A DNA stretch of 53,487 nt from a virus. Its lineage: Duplodnaviria > Caudoviricetes. The translations under genes and the position numbers were made by a program. This document shows positions 17,685 to 29,000 of this stretch, piece after piece. Location of the stretch: IMG/VR virus record IMGVR_UViG_3300031028_000001, positions 1-53,487 of that record, one strand, 5' to 3'. Numbering within the stretch: the first letter of the stretch is position 1; every line of letters begins with the position of its first letter. The notes under the pieces were generated by a model. That model worked only from the letters and a program-made list of their open reading frames with translations. It had not been told where the DNA came from and made no database searches.

Positions 17685-17768
17685 CTCTACGAAAAAAGCT
17701 GAATGACCGGACGCTCTGGCTCAGTCATGCCGTGCCCGCGAGAGGCACACAGCCACGAAGCTCAGAAA
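17685..17768 (+). repeat. Dispersed five-box repeat, copy R11
   Basis: CTCTACGAAA...GACCGGACG...CTCAGTCATGCCGTGCCCGCGAGA...CGAAGCTCAGAAA. Confidence 0.9.
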
Positions 17769-17779
17769 CCAAAATCCCT

Positions 17780-18946
17780 CTACCACGACGTGCTGAATCC
17801 CCCTGGTCCCACCCTTGCCCAGGAGTTCGCCGCATAGCACCAGTAGTAATTCCCAGCGCTGTCAAAGCTGATCTGCCCAGCCACGCCCGTGCTGGTCGAA
17901 TGCGCCGGAGCCGTGGTCGACCAGGTTAGAAGCTGGTTGCCGTTCCCCGTGCGATCGCTAGCCTTGATCTGGTCGTAAGCGATATTGCCGCGCTGTGTGG
18001 GAGCGGGCGGCGCGGAGGGCGCATAGAGAAACAATTCGCCAACGTCCGTGTAAGTCGGGTCGCCATTATTCGCGCTGATATTGAGGCGAAAATAGCGATA
18101 GGCCGTTGTGCCGACGCACGTGTACGTCCTGGTCTGATAGATGCCCCATGCCGTCTGGGCGGTCTCGGTATCGAGCACGGTCCAGGTCGAGCCGTCGTTC
18201 GAGCCCTCCCAGGTCCAGGCGCTGGGCATCCTGAGCAGCTCGTTGGTCGCCTGAATGGCGTAGGAGCCGACCAGCACGGCGCTGCCCATGTCGATCTGCA
18301 GCCAATCCACTCCGCCGCCGGTTCCAATCCACCAGCCTCCCGGGAGTCCGCCGCTATAGAACCCATTGTCGAAAGCGTAATAAGGCTGAGACGTGGAGCC
18401 GTAATAGCTGGAGGCCGATGCGACGAATGGCGACTGAGTGTTGTCCCCGGTCATGCCGTGCGGGCCAATTCCGGCCGGGATGATCGGAAGCGTCTCGTAC
18501 AGGAACAACTGCGCGATATTGACATAAGTCCCGTCTCCGCCTGCCGTGATATTGACCCGAAAATAGGCGTAAGAAACGGTGATGGCCGCTGGCGTGAAGG
18601 TTCTGGTTTCCGCGTTGGCCCATGCCGCCGCGCCAGTTTGCGTGTCGAGCGTTGTCCAAGTAGAACCATCATTGCTACCTTCCATCGTCCAGGTAGTAGG
18701 GCCTCGGACGCCATCGCCTACCGCAATGGCATAGGAATTGAGAAGAGCTGGTCCGCCCAAGAAGATCTGGAGCCAGTCAACGCCGTGGTTAGTGCCAGTC
18801 CATCCAGCCTCCGATCCCAGCGTCGCTCCATCGAAAGCGTTCCACGCGCCGAAGCCTGAAGTATTGAACTCGGTCGATGCCGAAGCGACAAGCGGGGACG
18901 GAGCATTGTCCGCCGTCATGTTGTTCGGGCTGATTAAAGTAGGCAT
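17780..18946 (-). CDS. Tandem discoidin (F5/8-type C)-like domain protein, likely receptor-binding
   Basis: Two copies of AFD...W...WLQID...EGSNDGSTWT.LD...Y.YFR.NI; fibre-like C-terminal motif GQISFDSAGNYYWCYAANSWARV. Confidence 0.8.
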   Translation of the reverse strand: MPTLISPNNMTADNAPSPLVASASTEFNTSGFGAWNAFDGATLGSEAGWTGTNHGVDWLQIFLGGPALLNSYAIAVGDGVRGPTTWTMEGSNDGSTWTTLDTQTGAAAWANAETRTFTPAAITVSYAYFRVNITAGGDGTYVNIAQLFLYETLPIIPAGIGPHGMTGDNTQSPFVASASSYYGSTSQPYYAFDNGFYSGGLPGGWWIGTGGGVDWLQIDMGSAVLVGSYAIQATNELLRMPSAWTWEGSNDGSTWTVLDTETAQTAWGIYQTRTYTCVGTTAYRYFRLNISANNGDPTYTDVGELFLYAPSAPPAPTQRGNIAYDQIKASDRTGNGNQLLTWSTTAPAHSTSTGVAGQISFDSAGNYYWCYAANSWARVGPGGFSTSW

Positions 18947-18947
18947 G

Positions 18948-19202
18948 TCAGTTGTAAAACGCCATCATCCAGTCACTTACAACTGGTGGAACCGTGAACG
19001 TGACGGTCACTCCGCTCAGGGTGTAATCCACTCCCGGATTCTGCACCACTCCGTTCAGCACCAGCATCAGCAGGTTTGCTGTCGAGCTTAAAGTGAAGAC
19101 CGTATTTATCCCATTGAGCGTTCCAGCAGGAGCGGCGCTAGGAGGAATCACGGCTGGCGCGGCGTTGTTCTGCGCGGTGATGAACCAGTTCGGAAGGGCC
19201 AT
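18948..19202 (-). CDS. Small tail-associated protein
   Basis: GTLNGINTVFTLS...LNGVVQNPGVDYTLSG beta-sandwich-like motif; position in the tail module. Confidence 0.7.
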   Translation of the reverse strand: MALPNWFITAQNNAAPAVIPPSAAPAGTLNGINTVFTLSSTANLLMLVLNGVVQNPGVDYTLSGVTVTFTVPPVVSDWMMAFYN

Positions 19203-19214
19203 TAGTCTGTTTGC

Positions 19215-22200
19215 CTAGCTGTTGATACGGGCGATCCTGAAGAAAGAATATTGCAGGGGAAGCAGGTAGGAATTCGAGCCTTCGATCATTTCCCCGGTAG
19301 CCGCCAGCACCGTCACTGCATTCGTGTCCACCGAAATCTTCTTGATCATCAGACTCGGCGAGATCATCGCGGCGGCCGCCAAAAGCTGAATGGTCACCGG
19401 ACCAGTAGTCGTATCCACCAGGATGCTCTGATCGCTGGGACTCACCGTATAATTCGCCGTCACCGAGAGCACCTGCTCCGGCTGCCCGAAGACATAGATC
19501 TCGCGGAACGGCATCATCGCCACCGCGCCCGGATTCTCTCCGCCGTCCTCCGACTGCAGTGCCACCAGGATGGTCGACAGGGAAAGGTTTGTAATCGGGA
19601 ACGAGAGGGCCAGAGAAGTGGCGGGGCTCGCATTATTGATGCCGCGCACGGGCGAAGCGAGCGGCTGCCAGTTGGGCTTGACCACGATATACACCGTCGT
19701 CGCGTCCGGAGTCACCGCCCAGGCCTGCCCGAATGTGTGACTGGTGGGGGTCGCCGCCGAGATCGGATTGGTCAAGCCGAGCCCGGTCCCAGCGACGATC
19801 AATCCCCAGTTGCCGACTTCCTGCGCCGGGTTCATGCCGCCCGTGCCGAACGGATTGATCCATTGCGCATCGGTGGCCGTCTGCCCGCCGTCTGTCCAGA
19901 CAGGCTTCGAACGGATCGCGATCACATCGTCCGGGGCCAGGCCATCGAGCATGGGGTCCGGAGTGACGCTGAGGACTCCGGAAGTGGTGTTCCCGGTGAT
20001 CGCGTAGCTCAGGACCGGCAGCGCCGATCCGTCCGCCTTGGCGAGCACGGTGCACGCATAGCCCGCCAGAATATCCGCGGTCCAGGGTGTGCCCGGCGTG
20101 CTGATATTGATCTCTCCGGTCGACACCGCATGCACCTGCACTCCCGCGATCCCCGAATGCAGAATGAACTGGGCCTGCGAAATGATGGCGTCGAGTTCCT
20201 GATCCGGAGCGCCCCAGGACAGCACGTTGTAGCGCGTTAGGGTTACGGTGGGCGCTATCCCCACGGCGTCCGCATCGTTGGTTCCGTCTCCCTGCCAGGA
20301 GAGCCTGGACGGATACATACCCGCGAAGATTGCATAGCCCGCGGTGGCCGGCTTGTCCCACCACAACACCGGAATGCTGATGCTGTTGGTTGTCCCGGAC
20401 GGGATATAAAACGTGCCCACCAGCGACGGAAAAGAATAATTGCCGGCCGAGTCTTTGGAGCAGATGGCCACGTAATAAAGGCCCGGGCCTATCGATCCAC
20501 CGGTGGGCGAGAGGAAGCCCTGCAGCGCCGGTTGTGGAGGCTGCGCCAAGCCTGGATTGTTGACGCCCACGGCGGTCGTGATATTGACCGTGCCGTTCCA
20601 TTTGCCATCCGGACCGAGGGTCCATTCCGGCGCGAGCGCGAAGGTCCCGTCGCTCGGAGCGTAGTATGGATCGCCCGCGCGCGGGAATACGGTATTCGGG
20701 CAGAGGGGATTCGAGGGCCGGATCAGTTGATTGCGCTGCGGATTCGAATAGGGCGGATCAGGCGACTGGTTGGCGTTGTCCACGTACCAGTTGTCGTTGT
20801 GCCAGGCCGCGGTGAGCGTCACCGTGCCATCGTGCGCCGGACCCGCTACAGACATCACGCGGAAGAGCTGGTTCACCAGGTTGAGCTTCACCCAGGACAC
20901 CCAGATGAGATTTCCCATGCCGATCTTCAGCGCCCGGATGGAAGTCTTGATCTGCAGCCACATGGTGCCGCGCGAGTCTCCGGAGGGGTTGCCGTAGAGT
21001 GTTTCTTTGTTGGTAATCAGCGCGAGACGGTTGGCCTGGTCGTTCGTGGGGCAGCCGTCAAAAACGATCGACTTGTTGATCTGCTGGCCGATGCGCGCGC
21101 TGTCAACGGAATCGACAATCGAAACGGAGGTCGCGGCGTAGACGTTTTCCGAATCCTGAAAGGTGAACTGCAGGCAGTTGGCGGTGTCGGTGATCGGGCG
21201 CTCGATGCCCTTGATCGAGAAGGCCGTGTCTTCGTCGAAGGAATACGCCACATATCCGACGGCCGGAGTTCCATCGCGCAGGACGCTGGCCACCGGGAGC
21301 GTGTAGTTGCTGCCATCGGGAAGGCCTGGCTGCTCGACGGCCAGCGGCCCTTTGACCTGGACCGAGATTAAGCCTGCCGAGTTGGGCTGCAGCAGCGCCA
21401 ACATGGTGCGTCGCACGCCCTGCAGGATGTCTCCGGACGGCCGGCGGAAGGGCACGATCAGATTGCACATGTAACGCTGGTGCTTGGCGCTCGAATCGAG
21501 CGTGGCGACGGCCGTAGCTCCGCTGCCGTGCCCGCCAACCGCAACCAGCGTTACTGTCGGCACGCTGGTATATCCCGATCCCGGATTGGTGACCTGGATC
21601 TGGTAGACGTGCCCGCCGCCGCCCTGGTGGTCGATCGGAGTGACCAGAGCGATGGCCGTGGCTCCCGACCCTCCGCCTCCCGAGATGACTACCGTCGGCG
21701 GAACGTCCTCGCCCGGACCCGCCGACGAATCGTAACCGCCGCCCTTGTTCGTGACGGCGATCGAGGAGACTGATTCGGTGAGGCCATAGCCGCTGTACTG
21801 CGACGTGTAGGTGATGGTCTCCGCGCAATCGAGCGCTGCCTGGATGAATGCAGGGATGTCCAGATCGGTGTAATCCCATCCGGAGAGAGTCAGGATGTAC
21901 ATCAGCAGCCACGCCGGATTGCAAGTGAACGAGCCGGAGAGGTTGGCCACCGACATTTGCGACGGCCACTGCTCGGTGTAAGTGACCGGATCTGTATAGA
22001 CGCGTAGCGCGGGCCCGGCGTAAAGCACTGTCACGGTGGGCAGGGATCCGCCCGAGGCGATGCTGTTGGGGACCACTACCTCGATCACCACATCGCTGCC
22101 GTAGGGCGTGATCAGGCCGCTCATTCCCGCGCGGGCGACGGTGGCATTGGGCGGCGTCGCCGATCGCGTGCCGCGGCCGATCCAGTTCCACCAGGCGACG

Positions 22201-23396
22201 GCCGGGTTCTGACCGGTCGAGAGGGTGCCGGTCCCGGTGATCTCGTGCGTCACCGGATCGATGATGTCGTAGCTTCCTGGAAGAATCGCTTCGCCATTGC
22301 AAATCACTTGCATGGCCTTGGTAGCCGCGAGCCCGGTATCGATCTGGTCGATGCACAGCGACACATCCATGCGGGTGTAGTTGCCGTCCTGCCGCATGTT
22401 GAGGATGGGGCAGTTCACCCAGCCGGCGCCGAAGACAATGGGGAAAGGATCGCCGTACTTGAGCGTGGCGCCGATGTTGTAGAGCTGGACCTTGGCGCCG
22501 GAGACAAAGTTTTCGCCCAAGCCGCCGTAGGAATTAGTGACCTGGAAATCGACGCCGGAGAAGTACGGAAGGTGGTTATTGGCGATGCAGCCCAGCCGCG
22601 TGTAGCCGCATGGCCCGGTATAATCGGCCGCGGTGAGCCCGCACCACCAGAACTGGTTATGGTCGATCAGCGCCTGGGCGAACTGCGCCTGTGTCTGCGG
22701 CTGGATCTTCCAGCAATACTGCTGGATCAGCGCGGACGGGAGCTGCTTCTGTTGCAGCAGCGCCTTGTACGTGGTGCGCACGGACAGGTGGGAGTCATCC
22801 ACCAGCGCCGCGGAGTCGCAGATGCCGACATAACGCACCGCGTAGTCAGTCGAGAATTGCTGGCCCAGGACGTCGTAGAAAACCAGTGTGACAGTGACGA
22901 TGCAGCCGCGAAAGCCGCGTCCGGGATACTGCTCGTAATAAGCCAGCAGGTACGAATCGGAATCGGCCAGGCTCAGGCTCAGCCGCGGCGGAATGTCCAC
23001 GCCGGAAGCGTCCAGCATGGCCACGGTGTCGATGTCATCGTTCTCGATGCGGCCCAGATAGGCGGTCGATCCGTATGTGGGATTGCCGGGCCAGGTGACA
23101 TCCAGCCGCGCGAGGTGCAGGAGGGCGCTTACCGGAGGCCCCTGGTTAGTCCATATGACCGTTCCATCCGTGGTGGTCGCTCCCACGGTGGCATTCCAAG
23201 TCGGCGCGGTCGCTCCGGAACTGCCGCCCGTAGTCACGATTTGAACATTGAGACCGTCGAAAACCTGGAGATTGATCGGGTAGGCTGTGCTGGCGGCCCA
23301 CGCGGGTGGGTCATTGGGAGGGAAAACGAAATCGTAGAACAGGACGGGAAGGTAGGACGCGACCAGTTCTTTGGCTTGATCGATGGTGAAGGACAT
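19215..23396 (-). CDS. Tail tip / baseplate hub protein
   Basis: 1393 aa downstream of the tape measure and Dit; contains NPAWLL..IL and beta-rich repeats. Confidence 0.75.
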   Translation of the reverse strand: MSFTIDQAKELVASYLPVLFYDFVFPPNDPPAWAASTAYPINLQVFDGLNVQIVTTGGSSGATAPTWNATVGATTTDGTVIWTNQGPPVSALLHLARLDVTWPGNPTYGSTAYLGRIENDDIDTVAMLDASGVDIPPRLSLSLADSDSYLLAYYEQYPGRGFRGCIVTVTLVFYDVLGQQFSTDYAVRYVGICDSAALVDDSHLSVRTTYKALLQQKQLPSALIQQYCWKIQPQTQAQFAQALIDHNQFWWCGLTAADYTGPCGYTRLGCIANNHLPYFSGVDFQVTNSYGGLGENFVSGAKVQLYNIGATLKYGDPFPIVFGAGWVNCPILNMRQDGNYTRMDVSLCIDQIDTGLAATKAMQVICNGEAILPGSYDIIDPVTHEITGTGTLSTGQNPAVAWWNWIGRGTRSATPPNATVARAGMSGLITPYGSDVVIEVVVPNSIASGGSLPTVTVLYAGPALRVYTDPVTYTEQWPSQMSVANLSGSFTCNPAWLLMYILTLSGWDYTDLDIPAFIQAALDCAETITYTSQYSGYGLTESVSSIAVTNKGGGYDSSAGPGEDVPPTVVISGGGGSGATAIALVTPIDHQGGGGHVYQIQVTNPGSGYTSVPTVTLVAVGGHGSGATAVATLDSSAKHQRYMCNLIVPFRRPSGDILQGVRRTMLALLQPNSAGLISVQVKGPLAVEQPGLPDGSNYTLPVASVLRDGTPAVGYVAYSFDEDTAFSIKGIERPITDTANCLQFTFQDSENVYAATSVSIVDSVDSARIGQQINKSIVFDGCPTNDQANRLALITNKETLYGNPSGDSRGTMWLQIKTSIRALKIGMGNLIWVSWVKLNLVNQLFRVMSVAGPAHDGTVTLTAAWHNDNWYVDNANQSPDPPYSNPQRNQLIRPSNPLCPNTVFPRAGDPYYAPSDGTFALAPEWTLGPDGKWNGTVNITTAVGVNNPGLAQPPQPALQGFLSPTGGSIGPGLYYVAICSKDSAGNYSFPSLVGTFYIPSGTTNSISIPVLWWDKPATAGYAIFAGMYPSRLSWQGDGTNDADAVGIAPTVTLTRYNVLSWGAPDQELDAIISQAQFILHSGIAGVQVHAVSTGEINISTPGTPWTADILAGYACTVLAKADGSALPVLSYAITGNTTSGVLSVTPDPMLDGLAPDDVIAIRSKPVWTDGGQTATDAQWINPFGTGGMNPAQEVGNWGLIVAGTGLGLTNPISAATPTSHTFGQAWAVTPDATTVYIVVKPNWQPLASPVRGINNASPATSLALSFPITNLSLSTILVALQSEDGGENPGAVAMMPFREIYVFGQPEQVLSVTANYTVSPSDQSILVDTTTGPVTIQLLAAAAMISPSLMIKKISVDTNAVTVLAATGEMIEGSNSYLLPLQYSFFRIARINS

Positions 23397-23399
23397 CTC

Positions 23400-26024
23400 T
23401 CAAAATCCGAATATGAACCACGAGCCGACGCACACGTAGGTGGAGGAGCCGTTGGAGGCGGTGATGTTGAGGCGGTAATAACGGAACAGGATTGCCGCGG
23501 GGTTATCGACGGCGAAACTCCGGGCTCCGGCGGGTCCGCTCACCCAGCCCGATGCGCCCGTCTGCGTGTCGAGCGTGATCCAGCTCGCGCCGTCTGTCGA
23601 GCCCTGCATTTGCCACGCTTGCGGCGTGATCTCCGCGCCGACCGGATCCGGCATTTGGATGGTATACCCGCCAACTAACTGAAGCGAGCCCAAGTCGATT
23701 TGCAGATACGCGGGTAATCCGTTGTTGCTGATCCACGCGATCGTCGAGTCCGTGGAGAACATGTTGGAGAACGCATTGAATGCGGCCGCCGGCTGATCGC
23801 CCGGATAGCTGTCCGGCATTTCGCTGGAGGCCGTAGCGACGTAGGGCGACGGGGCCGTGTCAGTGGTCATCAGCGTACCGCTCGAACTTTGCGGGCCGAT
23901 GATCAGAGGCGAGCCGATGATCACGATGGCGTCGAAGGCGCTGCAGCTCGGCGAGAAATCGAATATCGCCGTGATGACTCCGCCGGGCATTACCTCGCTG
24001 TACATGCAGGTCGAGAAGTCCGCGTCGGCTTCGCTGTTCAGAAGCGTTCCCCGGTTCACGGTCACGTGCGGACTGAGGCCGTCCGCGCGGCCCGCTCCGA
24101 AGTACAGCGCCAGCGCTCCAGCGGGTACCGCTCCCGATGTGGAGATGGAATCGGTTAGAACAGAGACCTGCTGATCGCCGTCGCACTCGAGAACTGCCGG
24201 CGCGCGGACCAGCGTAATGATCTGAGCGCCTGCCGGGGAGCTGCCCAGGAGATTCACGGTGACGCTGCCAGCGGTGATGTCTCCGGAAGTGAGCGTCTTC
24301 CACGCGACTAAGCCGTTGATGTTTGTCGCGGTGGTCTGTTCATAGAGCGATGTCCAGCCGGTGGGCACCGCGGATGGTCCGTATCCCGCGGCGACGAAGA
24401 GAACAGCCAGGTCGCCGGCGATCGTTCCCGTGGGCCAGGGGATCGTAATACTGGCCGCCGTGGCCGGCGTTTGCGCCGTGGATTCCCGGATAGTTACGAA
24501 TGGGGCCAGCGTCGGCGTAGCAGGCGGCGGAGGCGTGGTGGTTACCGTAAAGGTAACGCTTACGGGAGTGGCCGCCGCATAGGTGCCGGCTCCGGCCTGG
24601 GACGCCTGGATGGTGACGACTCCGCTCCCGGTGATCGTAACGGTGCTGCCGGAGATCGTGGCCGGTCCGGAAGTGACCGAATAGGAAACGGCAAGTCCGG
24701 AGCTGGCGGTAGCCGCGAGCGCGAAGGGCGCATCGGTGGGGAGATGATTCGGTATCCCCGGAAAAGTGATGATCTGTGGCGTGACGCCGGCGATAGAGCT
24801 GAATTCCTCGATCGAACATCTGAGACTGTTGAGGTTCGGGCTGATGCGTGTTAGCTCGATGCCCTGCGCTCCGAAGTAGCAGGAGTCATGCACCGCGAGG
24901 GTGTTGGGATCGGTAAAGGAAAACTGATTCACGGCGCCGCCCTGAGTCAGATAGAAGATGACCAGCTCCTGCACTTCCTCGTCCGTGATGGCCGGATAGC
25001 TCAGCGCCCATTTGTTCAGCGGAACGGGCCATGCCGCCCAGGAGATGCGCTTACCGGAATCCAGATCGTTACGGAAAGTCTTGAACGACGGCGCCGTGCC
25101 GAAAGGGATCTGCACCAGTACGCCGCCATTGATGGCCGGATAGCTCGGACCCACCAGCGTCGATGCGGCGGAATAGAGATAAAGCGCGTCAATTTCGGTG
25201 ACAGAGCCGCCATTGTTCGCAGTGACGTTGAGCCGGAAGTATCGATAAGCGGCGCCTGGCGAGGCGATGGTGTAGGTCTGGAGGAGGGCGCCGCCGCCGG
25301 CGAATCCCCAACCCGTGGTCTGGCCGGTCTGGGAGTCGAGAGTCACCCACGTCGTCCCGTCGTTCGAGCCCTCCATGGTCCAGGCCTGCGGACCGTTCCC
25401 CGCGCCTGCATAGCCGCCGGCGATTGCGTAAGAACCAAGCACAGAGGCGCTGCCCGCTCCGGTATCGAGCTCGATCCAGCAGGGCACGCCCGCGGTCATC
25501 CAGCCGTTGGTTGCGTCGCCATTGAAGGACAGCCACGCGGGGTTGACGGTTGCGGACGAAACCGAGGCGACGAACGGAGGGTTGCTGGTGTCCGAAGTCA
25601 GGGCGTCCGGACCGAATCCCTGAACACTGACCGGGTTGGCGGAGACCGCTTCCGAGACGGTCTGCACAGCATCGAGGCCGAGCGAAAACCACTGCGCCGG
25701 ATTCTCCGTGTAGGTGAAGGCGTCCGAATCGAACGCCATGTTGGCGTAGGACCGGATGAGTTCGGTGGCGGGATCCACAAGTGAGATCGACCAGGTGTAA
25801 TCGAACGCGCCCTTCTGCGCATTGAAGAATGCTTGAACGGTCTGCAGGTCGAAGTAATTGATCCGGCGATAATTCCACTTGAACGAGTTCAGCAGGCCAG
25901 AGATGGCGTAACGCTGGCTGGCACCGCTCCAGAAGCTCATGCAGCAGGAGCGGATCAGGAGGGTATGCTTGTATGGGAAGCGGACCGGATAGGCGCCGCT
26001 GATGCTTGGGAATGCGCCGGCCAC
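23400..26024 (-). CDS. Distal tail (Dit)-like protein with inserted discoidin-like domains
   Basis: Follows the tape measure; FFNAQKGAF.. and FYLTQGGAVNQFSFTDP motifs; two F5/8-like domains. Confidence 0.7.
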   Translation of the reverse strand: MAGAFPSISGAYPVRFPYKHTLLIRSCCMSFWSGASQRYAISGLLNSFKWNYRRINYFDLQTVQAFFNAQKGAFDYTWSISLVDPATELIRSYANMAFDSDAFTYTENPAQWFSLGLDAVQTVSEAVSANPVSVQGFGPDALTSDTSNPPFVASVSSATVNPAWLSFNGDATNGWMTAGVPCWIELDTGAGSASVLGSYAIAGGYAGAGNGPQAWTMEGSNDGTTWVTLDSQTGQTTGWGFAGGGALLQTYTIASPGAAYRYFRLNVTANNGGSVTEIDALYLYSAASTLVGPSYPAINGGVLVQIPFGTAPSFKTFRNDLDSGKRISWAAWPVPLNKWALSYPAITDEEVQELVIFYLTQGGAVNQFSFTDPNTLAVHDSCYFGAQGIELTRISPNLNSLRCSIEEFSSIAGVTPQIITFPGIPNHLPTDAPFALAATASSGLAVSYSVTSGPATISGSTVTITGSGVVTIQASQAGAGTYAAATPVSVTFTVTTTPPPPATPTLAPFVTIRESTAQTPATAASITIPWPTGTIAGDLAVLFVAAGYGPSAVPTGWTSLYEQTTATNINGLVAWKTLTSGDITAGSVTVNLLGSSPAGAQIITLVRAPAVLECDGDQQVSVLTDSISTSGAVPAGALALYFGAGRADGLSPHVTVNRGTLLNSEADADFSTCMYSEVMPGGVITAIFDFSPSCSAFDAIVIIGSPLIIGPQSSSGTLMTTDTAPSPYVATASSEMPDSYPGDQPAAAFNAFSNMFSTDSTIAWISNNGLPAYLQIDLGSLQLVGGYTIQMPDPVGAEITPQAWQMQGSTDGASWITLDTQTGASGWVSGPAGARSFAVDNPAAILFRYYRLNITASNGSSTYVCVGSWFIFGF

Positions 26025-29000
26025 TTAGCCTCCCAGGAGAGCTTGGCGAAGGGCTGGCACGCTTTTCGAGCCGTTCTGCACAACGTTATACATGCCGGCA
26101 TCGAGCTGCGTCGGGTGGTTCTGCAGGAAGGTGTTGAATGAGTCACTATCCATCGCGTGAATTGTGATGGTGGTTTGGTTGCCGACCGCGCGCGAGTTGC
26201 CGAACATGTCCGTGCCCACTGTCCCGCCAGACATGCTGCGGGCATAACTTACTGGATCGGGCCCGGTATAAGCGTCCTGCGCCGCCCAGTTGGTGATCTG
26301 CGTACCGCGCTGCAGCCTGGGATCCCCCAGGATCATCGAGACGAAGGAAGCAGCCATACCCGCGCCTTCCACGAACGGCGCGGCGGGCCCGGTGAGCGGA
26401 GCTATAGCCATCAACGTTGTGCCGACGCCCGCGAGATCGTTGTGCGCGCCTCCCCGGGCCATCTGGGAGATACCGGAGTAAACGCCCATGCCGGCGCCGG
26501 CGATTCCAATTCCAGCGCCTATGCCTTGTGAGGTGGTGAGCGTGCCTTCGTAGCCGCCGTTGGGGCCAGTCGAGCCGAACAGCATCCCGAGCGGATCGGA
26601 CATTCCCTGCCCGACTCCGGTCATGAAGCCGCCGGTCGTGGCGCTTACGCTTCTCAGCTTGGCGGACAGGGCCATCATTCCGCTGAGTTTCGCGGCTACC
26701 GCGGGAGACGCGCCCAACGTGCTCGCCAGCGCCGCGGCCGCCGGCATACTGAAATACGCGCTGCTCGAGAGATCGGGCGCGCCGCTGCTGCCGGCCCAAC
26801 TCGGAGTTAAGCTCGACATACCGAGGGCATCGGCCGAACTGTTGTCGATGGGAACTCCCATGCTGTCGTATCCGCCGCCGCTGGTCATAGCAGCGCCTGG
26901 AACGCCTCCGGGCACAAGGCCGCCGCCCCCTCCCGATCGGGACATCGCCATCGCTCTCACCGCGGCCGTGTTATCGCGCGTGGCCAGGGTATTGTCTAGC
27001 GTGGCATCCTGCAGCAGCTTCGAATCGGAACTCTTCGGAGCGAATGGCGTGCCCTTCAGCAGATCACCTAATGGGCCTTCCGGCATGTGCGGAATCAACG
27101 CGCTGCCCAAGTTCTTAAAGGCAGTCGAGGCCACGTTGCCGATCATCGTGTCTTCCAGGCCGTGCGCCTGGCCGCGGAAGAATTGCGAGATGCCGCGGTG
27201 GCCACCTGTTTCCGCGGCATTCGAGAAATCGACTACCAGCTTGCCGAAGGTGTCTGCGTCCTTCTGCGCCTGCTCCGCCTCCTGCTTGCGCAGCTCCAGG
27301 ATCTTCTCTTCGAAATCGAACCGCGCCGTCTGTGCTCTGTTGTCGTAGTCGTACTGTTCTTTGGCCATGTCGAACAGATCGGAGCGCGCCCTCTTGAGGT
27401 CCAATTCGTTCTTCAGAGCTTTCATCCGGATGTCCAGCTCTTGCTGTGCGAGCGCCACTTCGCCGTCCGGTTCGTGGCCGACCATCGCGAGCGAATGCTG
27501 CGCGCCGGCGAGCTGCACATCCTGCCCGGCGTTCTTTTCTATGCCGCTCACCCGCTTCTCGATTTCCTCGCGGTCGAAAGTGTTTGTATCACCGAAACCG
27601 GCCATGCCTCTATACAACGCCAGATTCCCGGTCGAGCGGCCGGCGGCGATGGTGGTGTTCATGTCGCCGTAAGCCATGTCTGAATAATTCAGGCCGGCCA
27701 TCTCCGGACCGTACAGGCTGGGGATGATCGATCGATGGAAGGCATAGGCCGCGGCGTCGTAATTCGCCGGCAGTTTGAGAACGGCATCCTTGTCAATCTT
27801 GGTGTGTTCCTTGAGCGAGTCCACCTCGTTTTTGTATTGGATTACCGCTTCTTTGGCCTCATCCCACTTGACCCTCAGCGCCGGAAGATCCTTCAGAGCG
27901 CCATCGGTGTAATTGGTGTGGGCTGTCTTGGCATCCTTGGTAGCTTGCGCCAGATTCTCCTGAGCCCCGATGAGCGTGTGTGAGTATGCCTCTTCGTCTT
28001 GGGCGCGCGTGGTATAGGCCGCCGGGATGGGACCGAGCTGAGACATGAAGCCCGCCGCATATCCAGGCTTCACGACGCCGCCCGGCGCGGCCAGATTCAG
28101 GCTGTTGTCGCCCATCAGCGCGTTCCATAAGGACGGCAGGCCATTCGCTGGTGTGGTTGTCCCGTAGAACCCCCCGGCCCCACCCAGAGCGGCGCCCACC
28201 GCGCTGGTTGCTGCGTTTTTGGCGCCGACGTAAATGTCAGCGCCCGGGAGGCTTCCTAAGATGCCGCTCGGCGTTCCCCATCCAGGCACCGCCCAATTCA
28301 TTACCGCGTGCTTGACTTGCTCAACCAGGTTGCCCTTGCCATCGCCTATCACTAGCGAGATGACGGCCGAGATCGGCTCCATCATTTCGCGCTTGAGCTT
28401 GTCCCATTCGGCACTGACCAGCTCTAACTGCTCCTGGTACTTCATGAACTTGGCCTGCTCATCGTCCGTCAGGCCGAAGCCCATCTCGTGAGCTACTTTA
28501 AGCTCTTCGGACAGTTTCATGATGAACGGGATGGCTTCGATGCCGGACTTTTTGAACAATTCCAGCATGATCTGATTGCGCTCCCAAACGTTGGTCATGG
28601 CGCTCAGGTGCTCGGAGAGCGTCTTCAGAGTATCGGAGGTGGACGCCGTGCCATCGCGCAGACCGGCCACGTCCACGCCCATGCCGCGCAGAGTTTCCCG
28701 GGCCTTCGCCGATTTCTCGTCGGTACCTTCGATGGCCATGGTCAGGCCACGCATGAGGCGCTCGACGATAGTAATATCGCTGCCAACGGCTTTGGCGGCA
28801 AAGGCGAACTCCCCGACTTCGCGGGTCAGCAGTCCGGTTTTCAGCGTGACGTTCTGGGTTTGCACTCCCAGACTCGCAAACTTCTCCATGGCCTCGACGG
28901 CCTGTTCGGCACCGACGGTTATGACAGAAAACGCCGCGGCCACGCCGGCGCCCCACGGCCCCATCTTTTGGAGGATGCCCTCCATCGCCTCGCCGGCCGA

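Noticed and set aside
9436-26024. Diversity-generating retroelement acting on fibre genes
   Set aside because: No reverse transcriptase and no TR/VR pair with adenine-specific mismatches seen.
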